Part shown: piece by piece, positions 33,766-38,581 of the stretch
How positions within the stretch are numbered: the stretch's first letter is position 1
Layout: every line of letters starts with the position of its first letter
Program-made: the position numbers and the translations under genes
Source: Conidiobolus incongruus B7586
Taxonomy: Eukaryota
Reading direction: 5' to 3'
Length of the DNA: 38,581 bases
Assembly: GCA_000697335.1 (NCBI GenBank)
Contig: JNEM01008457.1
Location: 1 to 38,581, forward strand
Notes under the pieces: generated by a model
Databases searched by the model: none
Told to the model about the DNA's origin: nothing
Seen by the model: only the letters and a program-made list of their open reading frames with translations

Positions 33766-34284
33766 TATTAATATAATATTGTATTTTTATAAAGGTTTTA
33801 AATGTTATGATTATTTATTCTTTTATGATTAATAGGCTAATTTCTATTGTAAATTATTAGTATAGTTATTTAGTAAGGTGTAGATTCCAAATATAAAATG
33901 AAATATTTTTGACTAGACTGTACAAGAGAATGACAGAAATATAAAGTGAAGTTGATTACAATATTAGTATAATATCAAATTATAATTAAATCAATGATAT
34001 ATATTGATAAATTAATCAAAATAAAAAATAAGTTATTGAGACAAACCAAATAATAGGTAAAGTATATAATAATAGTATTAACAGAATAAATGTAATAATA
34101 AGTAGCATTAATGTATTATTGAATTAGGGTTAAAACTATAAACATATAATAAAATGTTTAAAAGAATGAAAATTATTACCACATGATGAAATGGTAGACC
34201 AAAAATCTTGGATTAGTGATTAAATAGTTTAAAGTGAATACTTATATATTTTAACGGATAGGCTTAGACTTATGGAATTTCAAA

Positions 34285-36693
34285 TTAATGGCGAGCTCTT
34301 TCACGAGCAGCGCGAATAAGCGGAGTGAGTGAACGAAGAGGATCAGCTTTTTGAAGGAAAGGATGCTAAAAACAGAAATAGTTTAGATTAATGATTATGT
34401 ACAGGAATTGATAGTTTGGAAAATTAATGGAAAGATGCATTACCTGAAGAAGTTCAGCGGCGGTGGGTCTCTTCTCACTATCCACCTCAAGGGATTGCTT
34501 AAGGAAATCTCTAAACACCGGAGTTAGATTTTCGGGATTTTGTATGGTTGGAGTGCCATTTGTTGCAATTAAATATAATGCCTAACAAATAATTAATCGT
34601 ATTGTATCAATTGATTTAATTTTAAAACACTTACTCTTAAGGGATTTTCGTTCAAGTATGGAGGCTCAGCTTCTACCATTTCTATTGCCATAATTCCCAA
34701 ACTCCATACATCAACCTTAGGTCCGTATTCTTTACGGGTAACCACTTCAGGAGCCATCCAATAAGGTGTTCCTACCATTGTAGTTCTTTTTGCATTCGCA
34801 TCACCAAGTTGAGCACAAAAGCCGAAGTCAGCTAATTAAAGGTTAATATTATATTGATTGAAGTTAAATAAATATATTTACTCAATTTGACTTCTCCATT
34901 TAATGCAAGTAATACATTGTCACTCTTGATATCTCTGTGAATCACACCTTTAGAATGAAGATGCTTAAGCCCCTCAAGGGTTTCTCTGCAAATGGTGGCA
35001 ATTTGACCTTCAGTCATTAGGTTACTAGTCACTACATCTGTCAAACTACCTCCCTCCATGTATTCCATGACCACCCATAAATCACCCTTATATAAGAAAC
35101 TGTCCAAATAGTTTACAATGTTGGGATGTTTACTGTCTCTCATAACAAGAATTTCATTAATAATGAGATCCTTTTTAGGTTGCTGCTCGAGATTCATTTG
35201 TTTAATAGCTACACATTGGCCTGAGCTGTTTTGAGTAGCGGTAAAAACACCGCCAGAAGCTCCTTGACCGATTTTAACCAAGTTTGAATATAATTTAGTG
35301 GGATCAGCATCGGTACAGATGGCTTTAAGTCGCTCAATAATGTCTTCAGATTCGGCAGGGCGTGGTCTAGGAGGTCTATTCGGATCTCGCCTTTTGGGAA
35401 CAATGTTTGCCTTTTGGTGAGATTCGATGGAATGAGGTGTGGGAGAGGTATGTTGTTTTTGAATTTCAGGTCCATGTCCATGGTTAACAGCGGGTTCTAG
35501 AGTTCAACAAGAGTAAAATTTGGTATGACAAGCAGAATATAATATCAAATAAAGCTTACTTCTGGTTTGAGTAGGAGGAGAAGTAGAACCCTATAAATAA
35601 CTATAAGTAGATGAAAAAGAAAATAATAAATATTATATACAGGAGGGGGATGCTTGGGAACAACTTGTGGCGGGGGGTTTCTTTTACCTTCGGGGGGTGG
35701 AGGCGCGCGACGCTTGATAGAATTAATCAATTAAGTAAATTAATTGGTTTATAATGACTTACTGGGTTTTCAAAGGCAGGAGGCTGGACAGCTTGCTTAG
35801 GATGCTTTTGAGTATTATTAAATTTCGACCATACTGCATTTTCCTGATCTTTACTGCTATCAGTATAAAATCCCATGATGTCAATCACAGTCTAAATAAT
35901 CGTTATAAATACTGTCATGTTAAGAATATATAGTCTTACTTGAGGGTGAGCCTGTTGTTCATTTTCAGAAATACCGGCTTCAGAAAGGAGTTTTTGCCAT
36001 TCTTTGGGAAGCCCCTATAGTCCAGAATCAAAGTTAATAAAGAATGTAAGATATCCAAAAAGCCCAATTAATTTACAGTAAATTCACCAGTATCGGAATT
36101 AAAACCAACATGAGTTAGATGAACTGGATTATAAGGTGAAGAAATTTCAATTTTCTTTTCGTTGGATAAAAGATCTACATCCAAAGAAAATAAACTATTT
36201 GGAATATCCAATCTCAAGGAATATATTTACCTGACATCGAGCTAAACATATTAGAGAATACTCCTTTAAAAGTAGTCCTGTTACCACTTGAATTTTGGTC
36301 TAAAGATGAAGCTGAATCAGAAAATGTGTAAGATTTGCCAGAGTTAGGTGTCGATGCACTGTATCCATTTTCTTGAAAACCAACATTACCACTGCTGGCA
36401 CTCCTAGTCATTTTTAATGAAGGTAAAGTATCCGACCGCTTGGGAGATGAACTGGAAAAGTGATTGTTCTTTGAATTGGATTGTAAACGCAGGGAATTAT
36501 TGCCACTGTTTGAAGGAGATTGCAAGCTATTCCCTGAAAGTTCCTCTACACGAACGTCTGATAAAGATGAAGTAGTTCGATGAACAGAACTACTTGTTGG
36601 AGAGCTTTTAGTCGAACTTTGTGCTGATAAAGAATCTACTTTAGGACGTGGTGGAGCAACTAGATTTCTAGGAGGAGGAATTGGAGAGCTCAT
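34285..36693 (-). CDS. STE20: p21-activated kinase, Ste20/Shk1(Pak1) type (~632 aa, 10 exons)
   Basis: Exons on - strand: 36693-36231, 36174-36077, 36014-35940, 35891-35763, 35712-35641, 35590-35560, 35496-34882, 34831-34635, 34581-34444, 34365-34285; total 1899 nt. [34 protein letters not shown]. Kinase motifs [38 protein letters not shown]-terminal G-beta-binding motif [12 protein letters not shown] saw no PH domain, so it is not Cla4-type. Confidence 0.93.
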
Positions 36694-36957
36694 TAACAAT
36701 AGTCCTAAAGTGCTGAATGGATGTTAAATTAAAAGATGAAGTCAAGCTGACTGAATAGATTCGAATAATTCAAATAAGTTGGTGATGTATTGAAGATTAA
36801 AAATTAATTTTGCTGTATTTAAAATTGCTTAATTGATATTGAAAAATATGCTGAATGAAAATATTTTACTAGAGTTATTTCGACTTGTTGTTTTAAGGAT
36901 ATTGAATAATTGATAATACACAAGGAGCAAAAATATACATGATCAAACCTATAACGA

Positions 36958-37011
36958 CCAATTAGCTTTATTGGTTATTGTTATCACCAATAAAATAATC
37001 ATTCACGTGAC
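36958..37011. promoter_or_regulatory. Cluster of three CCAAT boxes plus a GTCACGTGA E-box upstream of the PAK gene
   Basis: CCAAT 36958-36962, ATTGG 36970-36974, CCAAT 36987-36991 and TCACGTGAC 37003-37011, about 265-320 nt upstream of ATG 36693. Confidence 0.4.
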
Positions 37012-38581
37012 AAAGATTATTTCTTCATGGATATAATTCGTCTATTTATTCATCAGCTCAATATATTTATCTATTTCAGGAAATAATTATAGTGTTAAAT
37101 ATAAAATGAAATGATTTATTTTTAAAATATAATTAAAAATAACTATCGTTCATAAATTATTATGGATATTATATAATAATAATAATAATGATTTGATATC
37201 TTTATTTTGAATATGTGTCATATCATCTAGGGTTGAATTTATGTGTCTAGTACAATTTTACTCAACTATTACAATATCATTGAGGCTAAACTAATATTAT
37301 AAAAATAACCAGTTTAGCAAATTAAATATGTAATTTAGAATTCATAATATATTTATATATAAGGTAAATTCATTCTAGTACTGAAGTGTAATTTCATATA
37401 GTTGAAATTGAAGTATATTGTATAATATTTGAATTTTGGAAATTTTCTATATTTTCTATATTTTTTATAAATCATTATTTATTAAAATAATTTGTTATTT
37501 CATATTTATTATATCCTTATTGTATTTCTACAATAACAGTATAAAAACAGTATTTGTCACTGCTATTGGATTTTAATTTAATTAGAATAAATCATGTTTT
37601 GAATTTTTAAACTGATATAGTTTTTTTACTAATAATTTTATTTATAATTTTAATATTCTCATCAAAGTCTTAAAGTTTTAAGAGATTGATATTGAATAAT
37701 ATATTTCAAATAATTTTCAATTTAATAGTATAACCTTTCATTTGAAAATTTTAAAAATTTATTGAGTATTTTGAATTGATTTAAAATCGGAAATTTCAAT
37801 TAGCCTTGTATTTCAATAAATAAATGTTTTAAGAGGTATTATTAATACTTACACATCCTGATAAAGTTGGTATATTAAACATAAATTTGAATATTATAAA
37901 TTGAATATTGAACTATTTATACACTATTTGAAGATAAATACAGACACTTTTTATAAAATATGTGCCTCAATTAAATAACATTCAACTTTAGATCTTATGG
38001 AAACTTGGTAATAATCTATAAACTGTTTAAGAGTATAAATTGATTAAATTTATATAATTCATCTAAAATATTTTTAATTGTGATGATGAATATACACATA
38101 GTTGAATTGGCGTAAATGATATTAGATTTAATATTTTTGCTAATACACAAAATCCAAATAATCTGCAATTAAGTGAATGACAATTACATGTCAATAACTA
38201 AAGTTGCGCAGGTTATTGAATTCTAGTATTACAAAAATAACTTTAAAATGTTCTATTATTTGAACTATATATTATTTTTGGTATTTTATAAATCTGAAAA
38301 TTTTATTAATAAAATTCTGTAAAAAAAATGTTGAAAATAATTAAAGTTTTAATCAAATTTATATTTCAGCTAATATTTTTGGTTATTATATAAATATAAA
38401 TTTAAAATAAACCAGTAAATAGGATTTCAAAAAATTTATAAAGATTTTATAATATTTAATAATATATACTTGCTATATATATAAGGAAATTTCTTAATAA
38501 ATAATCAAATATTTTTTTGAAATTTGTATTAAATTAACATTATATAATTTAATTAAAAATTATTGAATTATATTATAATTT

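Noticed and set aside
1..38581. CRISPR array, prophage, rRNA, U12-type introns, non-standard genetic code
   Set aside because: No spaced direct repeats or rRNA motifs. All reconstructed introns are GT-AG without the RTATCCTT donor. All intact genes translate with the standard code and end in TAA or TAG.

Overview
This is very AT-rich eukaryotic nuclear DNA with short (~48-77 nt) GT-AG introns. It is most consistent with an early-diverging, non-Dikarya fungus (inferred from composition, intron size and gene content). I reconstructed 12 intact protein genes by hand: a Crz1-like C2H2 transcription factor, an ING PHD-finger protein, DNMT2, a PPR protein, a Pho85-type cyclin, DPH5, UBC9, importin beta-4/KAP123, a HAUS2/augmin-like protein, an N-terminally membrane-anchored Lys-rich orphan, a LYR protein and a Ste20/PAK kinase. 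The window also holds tRNA-Ile(AAT), the 5' end of a mariner transposase at the left edge, several decayed coding relics and TA microsatellites. The most notable observations are: (1) an 8-mer TCCCAYAA found 65-200 bp upstream of eight intact genes and one decayed gene, and in no other place I found, which suggests a lineage-specific promoter element; (2) a 6-exon gene, broken up in the ORF track, that aligns by eye to augmin subunit HAUS2; (3) an 8-nt micro-exon splitting the SAM-binding motif of DNMT2. I found no CRISPR array, prophage or multi-gene novel system. All family calls are by motif recognition, not database search.
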